Positions 25,368 through 38,459 of a DNA stretch of 64,000 nucleotides are shown here, in pieces. This stretch comes from Cystobasidiomycetes sp. EMM_F5. Lineage: Eukaryota. The position numbers and the translations under genes were made by a program. The notes beneath the pieces are model-generated. The model was not told where the DNA came from, ran no database searches, and saw nothing but the letters and a program-made list of their open reading frames with translations. The stretch's first letter is position 1, and each line of letters starts with the position of its first letter. The stretch spans positions 186,001 through 250,000 of the forward strand of contig JBPGPT010000009.1 of assembly GCA_051047955.1 (NCBI GenBank). The letters run 5' to 3'.

Positions 25368-25758
25368 CTTTGGCAAGACATCCACATGGATTTCGACCAA
25401 GAGATTTGGAATGCGCCGGTCAGTTAGACATCTAAGCAAGGCGACAGGAAAGGTCACTAAACCGGTTCTTTCGCCAGCCTCCAATGCCTTATCCCCCTCC
25501 ACCAGCCCCTGCCAGGCCGCCCAAGCGCAGAGCGGGTAAAGCTCGTCCTACTATTTCGGAACCGCTAATGCAGCTACTGCAGACCCATCGTCGGTTAGTG
25601 CATTCACACAGAGCCGACTGATTAGATTACTGATCGCCAAGCCACATAGTATCCTGAAACATCTCTTCACTGAGAAGAAACCGGATGCCCAGGACTTAAA
25701 CAACGAACTGGCTGATGCACCTTGCCAAACGGATCGTTTGGTCACAAAATCTAAGTCA

Positions 25759-27947
25759 ATGACCAACCTCGGTGCTGATAACCGGCCGAGTCCACCGCCT
25801 TCTTCAAACCCGCCCAGCACATCGCTACATTCGCCCAAAACCGCTACATCCTCCGTCAAGTCGGTCCTTACGACGTCTACGGAAGTGTCTCTCCCTCTTA
25901 TAGAGATACATCGAATGCTGTATGATGTCTTGGGTCTTCTTGCTCCCATTGAGTCGGCAGAGCCAGACGCCAATGGATCTACCGTCGACATCGATGCAAT
26001 GCTCGATGGCCTAGTCAGTATTTTGAGGCTACAGGGCACTACCATGTGACTGAAGCTTGATATGTATAGCTTCAGCCGCCCCCAGAGGCGAACGGTACGA
26101 CAGACAAGGGCAAGCAATGCTTAGGCCCTTCCGATGCACTTGAGAGAATGAAGACAAGCGAAGGCAAGCAGAAACCAGCAAAGGATTACATTTCATCTTT
26201 GGCTCCCGAGTTATTAGCTCGTATCCTTGCCTTCGCCAGAGACTCAATCGAATTCGAAACAGAGCAAGGCAGACATATTAGCTATCGTCATCGCCAAGGC
26301 CCAGCTGGCTCAGCCTTTGGAAGAGATCTTAGAGACGAACCCTCCCCATCAGCGGCTAAACGGGCCCAGAGTGAGTACCGGGGCTGAGATGCGATGCGCG
26401 TTTGATTTCCGCTCATTGTACGTATCCTTAGGCTGGATACATTCCCTAACACGAGTCTCTCGATCCTGGGCACATATCGTCCCTAATGTGGCTTGGTCAC
26501 GTCTGCAATTATTTACCTTAAATCTGCTAATCAAGGCGACTAAGCGGGTCGAAAGGAATGACGGCGTTGCCGTTTTGATGTGTGATTTCGCCAGACTCAA
26601 CATCAGCGCCCCGGAAGCGCAAGGACACTATGGAGACGACTACAATGGTGCGGTGTGGGATCCAACGTTTCTCCCGCCTCCTCCTCCTCCTCCTGGACCT
26701 GGTGATTTCCTTCCGCCGCCTCCATCCCCTGGCAACATTCACGATCCTCTAGCCAGCTTGCCCGGTAAGACTGATGTCCATGAAGCTGAGATGGAGCATG
26801 GCGATCGAATTGCAAAATTCCTTGGTCTGGCAAAAAACCTGCGGCAGATTGATCTAGTCGGAGCGAAACGTCGGTACGATAGTGAGTCGAAACCAGTGAC
26901 CGTAGATGAGACTTTGATTTCTGATAAAGAACTTACCATTCAGACGCATCGCCTTCGGAAATGTTCATGGATACAGCGCTGCACAATGCTTTGTGCCAAA
27001 CGAGTATATGCAGCCTGACTATGGAGGGTAAGAAATACGCCCATTGATTATCGCGTAAATTGAAGTTGTGTCTGTCTGGCAGACCGTCTTATTTTCACAG
27101 ATCTCGAGACGATACTCTTGCGGGTGAAGACGCTGAAAACATTACTTCTCGAAGGCGGAATCGATAATCTCGATGGACGGGACGACGTTTTGGATTCCGA
27201 TCATACAGCAGCACTCGAGCATCTCCGCATTAGGAGCATGTCTGGTCGTATCGGCAATCAACAGCTCCAATGGTTACTTCGGCCCGCAGTCGGTCACATG
27301 AAACGCTTAGAGATCATGCTCCCTGCACGAGCCGTAAGCTAGCATGGTGTCCTCCTGCGACCTTAGCTAAATCTGCCATACGCACAGGTGATCCCTGCAG
27401 AAGCCGACTTCGATGGCGGCATGATGCAAAATGTCGAACAGCCTTTTGCGACAGCCGCCTTTGCGAACCTGCTGATTCAACTAGCGTCATCGTTACAATC
27501 GCTGGAATTAGTGAGTCATGGTGGGATGACTGTCACACACACCGACTTGCAGGCGGAGCCGCACAGCGGCGCTCTGGACTTTGCCTTGTCGCATTGTCAC
27601 AAACTGCACCGGATGTACCTGCCATGGAGATTGACTGGGCAGGCCTTCCTCGAAGCTGTGTCTGGCATGACAACCTTTCGAGAGATGTCCATGCTCGGAA
27701 ATGAAATACCACACACGAGCGCCAGAGATCTGGGTAAGTCCGTCTCATAGCCTTGCAAGGCACTGACAGTTGACGCTCTTCGGGATTGACAGGCTCTCGT
27801 CTGCTTGCCGGAGATATGCCAAAGCTGGAAAAGATGTCAATGTTCTTTACAAGATCACTGATGACGAACGAAGGTTGGAATGCGAGAGATGTCCGCGAAT
27901 TACTGAAAATCTGTAAAGATCGCAACGTCGAGCTAGACTTCCCTTAA
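25759..27947 (+). CDS. F-box protein with RNI/LRR-like C-terminal region and a polyproline insert
   Basis: F-box-like ISSLAPELLARILAFA...LTRVSRSWAHIV; repeated LxxLxL segments (NLRQIDL, LKTLLL, LEHLRI, LQSLEL, LHRMYL). Confidence 0.6.
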
Positions 27948-28079
27948 GCTCTGAGCAACCGGCAGGAGTCATGTGTATCACGCTCATTATCGCATTGTAC
28001 TTTCCGGAAGACCTGGGAGTCTTGTTTGTTGTATGTATCGCGCTCAGAATGGAATTGCTCATGTTGTCCAACGCTGAGC

Positions 28080-29460
28080 TTAGCCGAATGAGGTGTCGGC
28101 GTCCGACAGAGACCAGAGATACCACACACCGATAGATCGGTACGGCGCCCATGGCTCGCAAAGCTCATGCATTTCTTTGGGCGTAAGATAGATATTGCCT
28201 CTGCCGGCTAATAAGTCAGTCTCTGGTAATGAATATGCAAAGTATATCAATTGCGAACTTGACTTTCTTATTGAGCCTTGCTTTCAGGTCTTGCCTGGTC
28301 AAACTGGCATTCTCTGGTAGAGCAGGTAGCTGCGCTATCCTTTCTGTACGTGGTGTCATCAAAGGCATTTCTAATGCCAAACTTGTACCAGAGCTTCGTG
28401 ATGGCGTTGAAGGAGCTTGAAATGCATCAGCGTCCGTACTCGCGTCTGTCCCATTGCTGACTGTAGCTATGTCTACCGCGGAGGGCTGTCCTAGGTCAGA
28501 TAATGGTACCGAAGCGGACGCGGAGGTCGACGCAGGCGTATTGTTCGTCTCGACGGCCGGTGATTGTGGCAATTTCTTTGCTAGTATTCCTGGGTTGACT
28601 TGAGTGAGCCAGCGAATGAGCCCCTTTTGCACTCCAAGATCTCCGCACGGCAGGACATTCGGACGACGAAGAGTAAACATCATGAACATTTCTACTGTCC
28701 ATGGACCGATACCCCTCACTGCCGTCAGAGCCGTCATGACTTCTTCATCAGACATTGCCATGAGTGTCCGCGCAGACAGTCGACCGTCCGCAAAGCGTGC
28801 CGCCAAGTCTTGGACATACTCTGCTTTTCGTTGTGATAGACCTGCAGCTCGTAAAGTAGCGACGGGAGCGGATACTACCTGCCGGGGCGTAGGAAAATGT
28901 GTCGTCATACCTACTGCTTCCGGTTTCTCTGGCAAGTCTGGAAAGGCTACCAAACGAATAAACTTGTGCGTGATGCTTCGTGCAGCGAGCCACGATATCT
29001 GCTGGCCTAGGATACTGCAGCACAGAGCCCTGAAAGGGTTGAGGTCGGTCTGCTCTGTGAAGGGTTTGCACGGTAGTGTCTCGAAGAGGGTGGTGAAGCG
29101 TGGATCTACTCTGCATAGATGCCGCCGTGCTTCTTGATAGTCGAAAGACAGCTCTGGCCGCACGACAATGTCTGCTGTATTATCGACCGAGTCATCTGGA
29201 TTTGCTATATTTGCAGTGCTGAGTTCTGGAGCTGGATTTGGAGTTGCGGGCACTATGTTTGATGCCTTGCGTGCTCTCTTCACTGGCGGCGGAGTTGACG
29301 GAATTTGACTGGTGCTTGTGCCGGCGCCCGAGTTCTGGTCGGCCGCGCCTGCGTCTCCGTTGCGTCGACTGCGCTTGGATGGCGATGGTGAAGGGGAGGA
29401 TGCATCTCTCAATGTCGAATCTACGGCAGTGGATGAGCGAGACCGAGTTATGCGAGACAT
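28080..29460 (-). CDS. MAG1: DNA-3-methyladenine glycosylase (HhH-GPD, AlkA/Mag1)
   Basis: SILGQQISWLAARSI, AGLSQRKAEYVQDLA, VRGIGPWTVEMF, LPCGDLGVQKG; last exon EPWAPYRSIGVWYLW. Confidence 0.93.
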
Positions 29461-29672
29461 GGATGAGATGTATCTGGCAGCGATTTGTATCGGAAACCGC
29501 AAGAGGGAGGCCAGGGTGAAGGGAAGCGGTCAGTCTGTAAATCAGCGGGTACCGAGTGCGATCAATGTCATGAAGTGTCAGTTGTGCAAACGTAAAGAGC
29601 CGTCTATCGATCATAAAGTAGCATATATCATCTCGAGGACGCCCAAGCTATCATCAGCTTCATCGTTACAGT

Positions 29673-32600
29673 ATGCCCCGGGCACCATCGCCAAACGGCG
29701 GCGCCGTCACACCTGGGAATGCCGCGACACCAGCCAACCCAGTGACGCCAGGCCGGGTTCTTCGCAGCGCTTCCTTCAGGATTCCGCTTCCACCGCCGAC
29801 CTCGCCATTGCTGGGTTCTGGGGCAGTCTCACCGGGCGCATCCAGCCCAGGCGACCGGGGAACGTCTTCGCGCTTTGCAGCTCTGAGCTTGGGCTTCAAC
29901 AGGCGGGCCAGAGGGGCGTCGGCCAGTCGCGATTTGAGGGAAGCTGCAGCCGCTGGAGCTGCAGTCAACGGAGTCGCCAATACTCCCAATACGAGCAATA
30001 CTACGGCTACAGCATCGCACAATCCATACCCATCACCGCCCGCGACAGCCTATTCCAACATCGGGCCGTCTCAGAGCCTGACCGATTTACCCTCATCGCC
30101 GGGCAATGACCGCGATATAGACCAGGCTGGCTACCCGCTCATCCATCCGCAGCACCAGCACTCCAACAGCCAGCAACTGTCCTCGTCGACCTCCTCGGCG
30201 AGATCGTACTTTCCAATCATGACCAGGCGCGGTTTTGGGAGAAAGAACTCTACAGCCGTCGCAGCTGGGTCGAGTGCACAGGCTCGCACTCCGACGACTG
30301 AAGCTCCTCCCCCACTCCTCAGATCTCGCAGCTCATCCCAGCCGTCTCTCCCGCTAAACGCAACTGCCAATCAGCTCCCAGCTAGTCCGACTGCAGCTCA
30401 CCCGAGTCCCTACTCTGCTGGACCCCTGACTGCAGTCTCTGGCAACGGCTTCTTTTCGCAGAGTCAACAGCAGCAGCAACTACAGTCACCGCAGTCAAGC
30501 ACTCGTCAGAGCAGGCAGGAAAGCATAGACTGGAACAGCACTGGCCCATCCGGCCGGGAGGGTCGGCAGCGAGAGGTGACCGCTACCGCACCTCTGGCAT
30601 CTGCAAACTTGACCGCTCCGACCGTTCCCGCTTCTGGCAGTGGCAGCTCTCGCTCTTCGATGGATCGCAACGCATCTGCTGCTGTCGTAGCGGCTTCAAG
30701 TGCAGTTTCCGGTTCCGTGGCAACCCCTGCGGCTCCTGTATCTGCCAGTGCGACAACTACAACTGTAGCAGCGCCTGGAACAAGCTCAAGCACTACCACA
30801 TCATCTTCTGCACAGCATATCCGTCTTGTGCCGCACCTCGACGCTACCCGGTCTCTCTCATTTGAGCCCGTTTCACGCGAAGTCGTACCATCCGTCCCTC
30901 TACGCATTGGACGATTTACAGACCGTAATCCAAACCAGCCTGTCAGTGCTTTCGATCAGTATAGGGTAGCCTTCAAATCCAAGGTTGTATCGCGCACGCA
31001 TGCGGAAATCTGGTTTGACCCTTCGCCACCAGCCGGTACGGCAGGAGCAGGAGCAAACGGCGGAGGGTGGTTCATTCGAGATCTCAAGAGCTCAAGTGGG
31101 ACGTTCCTCAATCATATCCGGTTGAGTGGGGCAGGCATGGAGAGCAGACCATTTCCTCTACGCGGCGGTGACATCCTACAGCTAGGCGTAGACTACCAGG
31201 GCGGTACAGAGGAGATATATCGGTGTGTCAAGATGCGAGTCGAGCTCAATCGGGGTTGGCAGCGTGGAGTGAACAGCTTCAAGTAAGTACAATTTGCTGG
31301 TAATACATTGAATAAACTTTGCTGACTTGCCCATTTGCGTCTCAGCTCAGCTGCACTTCGTCAGATCCGCGCCTTTGGCAACGTTGCAGCTAAGGATACA
31401 ACAAAAGGTAGCAAGAAACGAGAAGCTAAACCTGATGAAACTGGCGAAGCTGTGTCCAAAAAGGCAAAAAAGGCAGCTCCTCCAGCCGAAACCACCGACT
31501 GTTGCATCTGTTCGTGTTTTTCTGTCTCTATCAATGGTCATGCGGCATTGACGCTTCTTTATCCTTTGAAACAATAGGCCTGTTTGCTGTCAATGTCTAC
31601 CAAGCACTCTTTATCGCCCCCTGCAGTCACATCTTCCACTTCAAATGCATCCGGCCTCTTGTTGAACAACACCATCCTGGATTCTCTTGTCCTCTCTGCC
31701 GTACATTTGCCGATCTTGAAGCTGATGTCGAGCAAGATGACGTCGCAGAGGAGCTAGACGAGGACGACGAAGACGAGGAGGAAATTGAAGAAGACGGTGA
31801 CAAGGGCGAAGACATCCTGATGGAGGGTGTTCAGCCTGCTGTGCCGCCAAAGGACGATCTCACTGCAAGAGTCGTACAGCCGCATCTTGTTGGATCCGTT
31901 GCAGCTGGCAGCAGTTCGCACGCTTCTGGTAGCGTCTCCGAATTTGGTGCAGGACTGTCTATGGGCGAGCCAAATTTGGATACTCTGCGGCCTGGCAAGA
32001 AGAGTCCGAGGCTTCCCTCTCCTACCACGACTACCACGCACCGCGACGGTCACGCTTCTCCGAGCAATGCTGTAAGGACAACCGTGTCTGGCTTGACGAC
32101 AGTCTCAGGTGGCCGAAAATCTTTGGATCGTGTTTCTGCCAGTCCTAGCGGTTCAATCTCGGGTAGACGCAGCGGTTCAATGTCAATATCTCGGTCTGCT
32201 GTCAATGGACGACAATCGAGTCCACCGCTTCCGGGCGATTTCCTCCCTCCGTCCGCCGGAGACTTTGATGCAGACATTCGCCGTTCAAGCATCTTTGTTC
32301 ATGGTGCAGATGGGCATGCGATGCACATCCCCATTACTGGACGAAGTCGGCCGAGTTCGGTATTCGAGGAAGATATCGGTGGCGATGATGCACCTCACCA
32401 GGCTGGCAACACTAGCATTTCCTCGCATCGTGCAAGAAGTGTGCGAAGCCTCAAGATGAGCATGTCGAGCAGGACAAATGATCCTGTCTCACCCACCGCT
32501 CGTGTCAGCCTGGACGAGCGGCACGCACGCAATCCGACGGAATATCACGACGCTCACGATCATACGAGCAGTGGCGACGACGAAGACATGATGGATCCTC

Positions 32601-32941
32601 CTCTTACTGCTAGACCGGATGAGATTCCAGACCCACTCGAAGCTAATCGTCCGGATTTCGGCTCCCCTATGAGCGTCTACACTGCGCCTGAAGATGGCAA
32701 CTTCTTCGCAGCAGAGCCTCAGGCTCACGTTGACGCATCTCGAGACGTGCAGACCGAATCAATCGACAAAGGGAAAGCTAGGGCCGACGAGGGCTCTGCA
32801 ACGGATGCGGCTGAACATTCTGGGTCGGATGGATCAGGCTCTTCATCACTGGATACTGGCACAGCTCTTCCCAGCCACACAGCGCTGAAGTCGGGATCCA
32901 CAGCAGGTCGTGCTATTAATCAACGAGCAGTACAACCTTGA
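29673..32941 (+). CDS. DMA1: FHA-RING E3 ubiquitin ligase Dma1
   Basis: FHA: IGRFTD...FKSKVVSRTHAE...SSSGTFLN...GDILQLGVDYQGG. RING-H2: DCCIC|LF...APCSHIFHFKCIRP...CPLCR. Confidence 0.93.
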
Positions 32942-33128
32942 CGACTGGGAAAGGGGTATTTGTGCATGAGGTCTGATATACGAAGGACAATTGGTGTTTG
33001 CAGAAGTACGCTAGGAGGGTTTGATGCAGCTCTTGCACGCGAGTATTGCTCTGTATCTTATGAGGGCTTAACTTGCATAATCTCGTTATACAATGCTACT
33101 ATTCTAATCGTACCGATGGAAGTTTCAA

Positions 33129-35682
33129 TCACGAAGACATCGCGGAAGCTTTTGCCACGAGAACATCCGGAAATTCTGCACAAAGGTGCATTAGGGCATC
33201 TAGATCCTCCTCATCCAGCAGCGCAATGGTCTTCTTTGACAGGCTTTTCATCCCGGCCGCTCTCGCCTTGAAGACTTTGAAAATCCTCTCGCCGCATTTC
33301 TGTTTTCTGAGAGTCAAATAGGAGAATCAGCCATTGCCTCGGTATCAGGCCTTTCAAAACGCACTGTTGGCTGGGTTTCAGCGATTTGATTGAGTCGAGG
33401 AACTCGTCCGTTTCCTCTATTGTCGTTGCGTTACGCAAAGATAACAGTGCAGGCGGGCTTGCAGCAGTCGCCAACGCCATCAAGTCTCGTGCTGGCATGG
33501 CCGCCAGAGACTTCATGTTTTCACCTTCGGAGGGTCGCAAGCCAATCGCATCTGAAACGCGCTGTGCATTACTTGGCAATGGCTGATGCAATTTATCGCT
33601 TGTATTCGTTACGCCATTGCTGGCGGCGGAAGGAGCGATGTTTTCCTGCTTTGAGAAAGCGATGTAAGAACGTGAGTTACTTTTGATGACGCTTACAAAC
33701 ATGCTTTGACATACCTCATCGACTTGGTTCGCCACGTCCAGATACAGATCCTTCGCAACTGCAACCTTCTTGATGAGGTATGCCTCCTCGAAAATGCATT
33801 TCTTACGTTCTTCCTCCGGCAATCGCAGGAGGATATCCGCAAGATCACCCGCTCTCGGTTCGTTCAAATCTTGTAAGGCCATCATCAAAAGTCGACGGTG
33901 CTTCTGAAGTGCGATTGAAGTCTGGACATTGGTACTCTCGGGGCTGAGGTTGGAAACAATGGATACGGATGCAATTTCCGCAGGACGTGGTGGTGTGGAT
34001 GCCTCCTGCGCATTACCTGTAGTGGCAATCGTCTCTTCAGCTAGAGACGGCGATAACGCTGCTGCAGGCAGGAAAGGAGCGGCCGAAGCTTTCAATGAAC
34101 GTGGTGGCGATGCAGCTGGTGTACCTTGTGCTTGCTCCAGGCGCAAGCCGGTTTCAGTAATGCCTTTCGGCTCAAACATGCGAACAAGGAGCGGCGTGAC
34201 GGCTCTGTGCTCGCCTAACGTGGGACGCCCATTCATGTTTCTGAGCGCACTGGCAGCGTCGTCTGCAGAGTTGTATCTGACAATGGCTACACCGAGGCGT
34301 TTACCGGTCGTAGGATGAACCGCCACATTCGCTTCTGCAAGATCGCCAAAAGGCTGAAAGGCAGCAAACAGCTCCTCCACCCCAGCGTCCTCTGGAACGT
34401 TCTGTATGATAAGACGCGTCGGGTCGGTGATTCTCAAAGGTTGCGAGACGCTGCGAGGCATCCCAGCGGTACTTCGCGGTGTCTCTACGTCCGCGTTAAT
34501 ACCGAAGGTTGCGGACATGTTACGGTGCATAGGTCTTGCGGAACGGGCACTCGCATCAAAGGAACGATGTGCCGGAGAAGCCGATGCAGACGGCGATGAA
34601 TAGCGAGAGGTGTCATCGAAATATCTTGGCCCGCTATAAGGTCTCGGACTTTTGAAGCTGTCTTTGGCGTCCTGCTTGGAGGGAAATCTGACGATAATCT
34701 GTCGCGAACAGCAACATTAGCGAATGAATCGCATAGCTGTTCGGTGTCATCGCTCACATACCTGATACGACTCGACTGGCATGAAGTTCATCTCGAGCTG
34801 GGCGACTTTTGCAGATGCTGCTTCAGCGAACGTCACTTTGGCTGCGCCACTGCGGTCCATTGTGCATGATTCGATGATGCCTATGAGCAAGTTCCCATCC
34901 CTCATCAGCATCAAGCAGACCTTTGATATATGAGCCTTACCAAAGCCAATGAACTTGTCGTATACATCGCTGGCTGTAAATTCCGGAGGAAGCTCGGTGA
35001 CGTTGAGTAACCTGCCTGTGGTTGGACTGGTCTTGATTGCCATTTTTCCGTCAGTGTCTGTGAGTGTGACTGTGCAGCCTTCGGAGCCATTACGCAGAGG
35101 AAGATTTGTCAATAAGGCTTTGGCCTTGCGTGCTGTGACGAACAGAACATCACACTGAAGTCAGTTCCGACTTGCAAGACGAGCCATAGTTATAATCCGT
35201 TATCCCACCTTTGTCCAGTGTTTCGAACTCAACCCAATGGAGACGCTTGCTATCGAGGTTACCGGGAAAACGGTCGTCATACTGCAACCTTCGGAATGCG
35301 CAATTAAGGCTTAGTACGGAATACTGCCATTGCAGGCTCAGATAAAGCCAACCGGAAACGAGTGCACCCTGCCAGCGCCTGAACTATGACCTCCTCAGGC
35401 GGTCTTGCCTCAGGCGGACTGAACTGAAAATATAGGATCATAAGACGGCAGCCTGTGAAGACGCAGTATCGAGTGCACGGATTTGCTGGCGTCAGAGGTC
35501 AGATGCCAGGTCAGATTGCAGTGCGTTGCTGTTCAGATGCATGCTCGTCAATGATGCTCGCGGCACGACCACGCTACTAAAGCCAGGTCCGGGTCCTCAG
35601 GTGCAGCCGTTGACCGACACTCGTTAACGTCTAGAGAAGCGCCAACGGAAGATATGGCAGTCTTTTTGCACGTCTCCAGCAT
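33129..35682 (-). CDS. RRM4: Rrm4 orthologue: three RRMs plus C-terminal MLLE/PABC domains (endosomal mRNA transport); start uncertain
   Basis: RRM1 WVEFETLDK|ARKAKAL; RRM2 LLNVTELPPEF; RRM3 ending VRMFEPK; MLLE DLADILLRLPEEERKKCIF; terminal MLLE TDEFLDSI...QQKQKCGERIF...KTIALLDEEDLDAL, resembling Ustilago Rrm4. Confidence 0.82.
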
Positions 35683-36082
35683 GCTGTCTGTAGCAACTAC
35701 AAGCTGTAAGCCTGTTTCACTGATTGGCGTTTTCCAAAAGAAAGCCGCATCCGAAAAGACAATTGCAACTCGAAGGCTTCAAGCTGCTTTCTGTACGATT
35801 TTGCGAGTGGTGGGCAAATGAGGCGTGGGTACCGGTATGGCTCTTCAGACACTATGCTACTCGTACCCGCTGAGCCAAACTAATGCTGTGACCTATGCTG
35901 GACATTCGACATCGCCTAAATTAACCGCGTTTGACAGCTCCTCCAAATTACCGTTGCTTGCTGATCAGACTGAAGAAACTTGCTCAGAGGCTCATTGCTG
36001 TTCCTCTGCTTCGGAATGGATCCTTGCTCCTTGCTCAGTCACTTACCGCTAATCCTGTTACCCAATATCGCTCTGCACCTCA

Positions 36083-36987
36083 ATGCACCGTGACCCTTTG
36101 ATTCATGCATCACAAATCGAATTACCGTCCGTGTGTCAAGGATATACGCGTTTTGTACTCATCTCCGATACCCACGGCGCGACATTCGATGTGCCGGACG
36201 GCGATGTCTTGATCCACTGCGGGGATCTAACCCGTTGGGACCGCGACTGCTCTATTCTGCAAAAATCGATTTCATGGCTGCGCGACTTGCCGCACAAGCA
36301 TAAAATCGTGATTGCTGGCAATGTGAGCCGTTCGAGGTTCGCTTGTCGGTCAGCTGCTGACTCTCCCGCTGGGATTGTTCACTTTCACTAGCATGATTAC
36401 TGCCTGGACCCCACAAGACACGATGTAACGGAAGAATCGCGCATTTTTGCCATGGAATTAGTAGCTGGATGCGACACTCGCGATGCTGGCATCACCTACC
36501 TATGCAACGAATCGGCAAAAATAGCTGTTGGCCAAACGCAATGGACAATCTGGGGGTCCCCGTACACCGAAGATTTCACAGACCACAATGGATGCAAAGC
36601 CTTCTCAAAATTGGGTGAAGATATGCCAGGTTTGCGTAAGCTTTACTCTGCGACGGGGCAAGACTAACAGTATTTCTGGCAGCTGTATGGTCGAAGATCC
36701 CGCAAGATACAGACATTGTCGTCACGCATACTCTCCCTCACGGCATCCTCGATGTTGGTCTACGTGGTAATGTAGGTTGTCCTCATCTTGGTCAACAAGT
36801 CCAGAGTATAGGACCAAAATTGCATGCATTCGGGCATGTTCATTCATCACGAGGCATACAGCAAGAATCGCGTACCTTGTTCGTCAATGCTGCATGCTCG
36901 AACAATAGTATGACTGAGATCGGGAGTGACGGTCTGGGGGCGATAGTGGTTGACCTGCCGAATCCGAGCGCGTCTTGGAGTTGGTGA
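36083..36987 (+). CDS. Calcineurin-like metallophosphoesterase (MPPED/239FB-like), copy 1
   Basis: ISDTHG, IHCGDLT, IAGN|HD, VVTHTLP, FGHVH, FVNAA; two introns. Confidence 0.9.
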
Positions 36988-37347
36988 TCAAGTATCAGAA
37001 ATTTGCTGCGCGTGTAATGGTAGTAGATGCCATGTGGATTAGCTCTCATATTTTGCCTTTGCGACTTCTGTTCTTCATTTGAAGTCTGATATGATGTCGG
37101 TGGCGTAAAACTCGTTTGTTTTGCGCTGCATGATTACCGAGATCGCGTCTCGCTTCGCTTCAACAGATTCTAGTGCATTGTTTTTGGCGCTGACTCTTGA
37201 CGCTTTCTTGACTGAATCTCCTTCGCTCGACCTCTCTCATTCGCCATTTGAATAGAGAAGATACTATTCGCAGTATCTCGGGCCCTTCAAGTTTCACGCA
37301 GGCCGGCTCGCTTTATACAGCTGTCCACAATCTAATCCACAGGAACT

Positions 37348-38312
37348 ATGACGACTGCTGGATCCCCGTACCAATCTCTCAGACCACGACACGCCGAGGC
37401 TATTATTCACCTCGAAGGAGAGAAAGGACTCCCAGCTAGCCCGGACGGTTTTACGCGATTCGTACTGCTTTCCGACACACATACGCATGTCTTTCCAGTT
37501 CCACCTGGAGATATCCTCATCCATGCCGGTGATCTGACAGAACGTGGTACGGTCGAGGAATTGCAAATCACGGTAAATTGGCTATGTAGCCAGCCGCACA
37601 AACACAAGATCATGATCGCAGGGAATGTGAGCTATCCATCACTACAATAGTGCGCTCTGGCGCGCACTGATGCTCACATGTGCTTTGCAGCACGACTACT
37701 GTCTAGATAAGGTGGACCTGCTCGAGTGCGATCCGCGTAACATTACAATATACGATGAGGCCATGCGGATCGTGACGTCCAGAAAAGCACAAGAAGCTGG
37801 CTTGCAGTATTTGGAAGACAGCACGAGCGAGGTGCAATGCTACGCGAACGGGCGCAAATGGCGTATATTTGGCTCGCCATGGTCTGCAGCTTTTTGTAGC
37901 ATGGCCTTCAACATCGCTCGTGGCGAACCGTCCGCTGGTGAGCCGTACATAGCTCGAAGTCAAATCGGGCCAATCTGACTACGTACTCGCAGCATTGTAT
38001 GCAAGGATACCGGAAGATACCGATATACTGATCTCGCACGGTCCTCCCTTCGGTATATTTGATCGCACAACGCGAGGGCAGCACGTCGGATGCGATCAGC
38101 TCCTCGTTCGAACTAAGGCCATCCGACCGAGTTTGCACGTCTGGGGTCATATACACGAGTCTCGAAATGCGATGCAAGACCCATCTAGCGGTACAGTGTT
38201 CGTTAATGCAGCCAATGCAGGAAACTTCCAGCGGCCTAGAGTCTGGGGAAAGCACAGTCACCAGCCTATAGTCGTGGATCTGGCCGATGTGACTCCAGAG
38301 AACGCCATATAA
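37348..38312 (+). CDS. Metallophosphoesterase (MPPED/239FB-like), copy 2
   Basis: LSDTH, IHAGDLT, IAGN|HD, ISHGPP, WGHIHE, FVNAA; same two intron positions. Confidence 0.92.
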
Positions 38313-38459
38313 GCAACCTCACAAAGGCCTTCCCCATCAGCAGTGGCGTTGAGTAACGTTGTCGCGTTCAACCACTCTGATAGCCGAGTCACAACTCGCC
38401 GACTCGAAGGCAGCCCTTCTTCTCCCTTCTTGTTTCTTGACGAGATCGCTACTCTGAAG

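Noticed and set aside
28300..28600. Long insertion in Mag1 between the GPD motif and the last helix
   Set aside because: Low-complexity Ser/Thr/Pro loop; such insertions are common in fungal orthologues.
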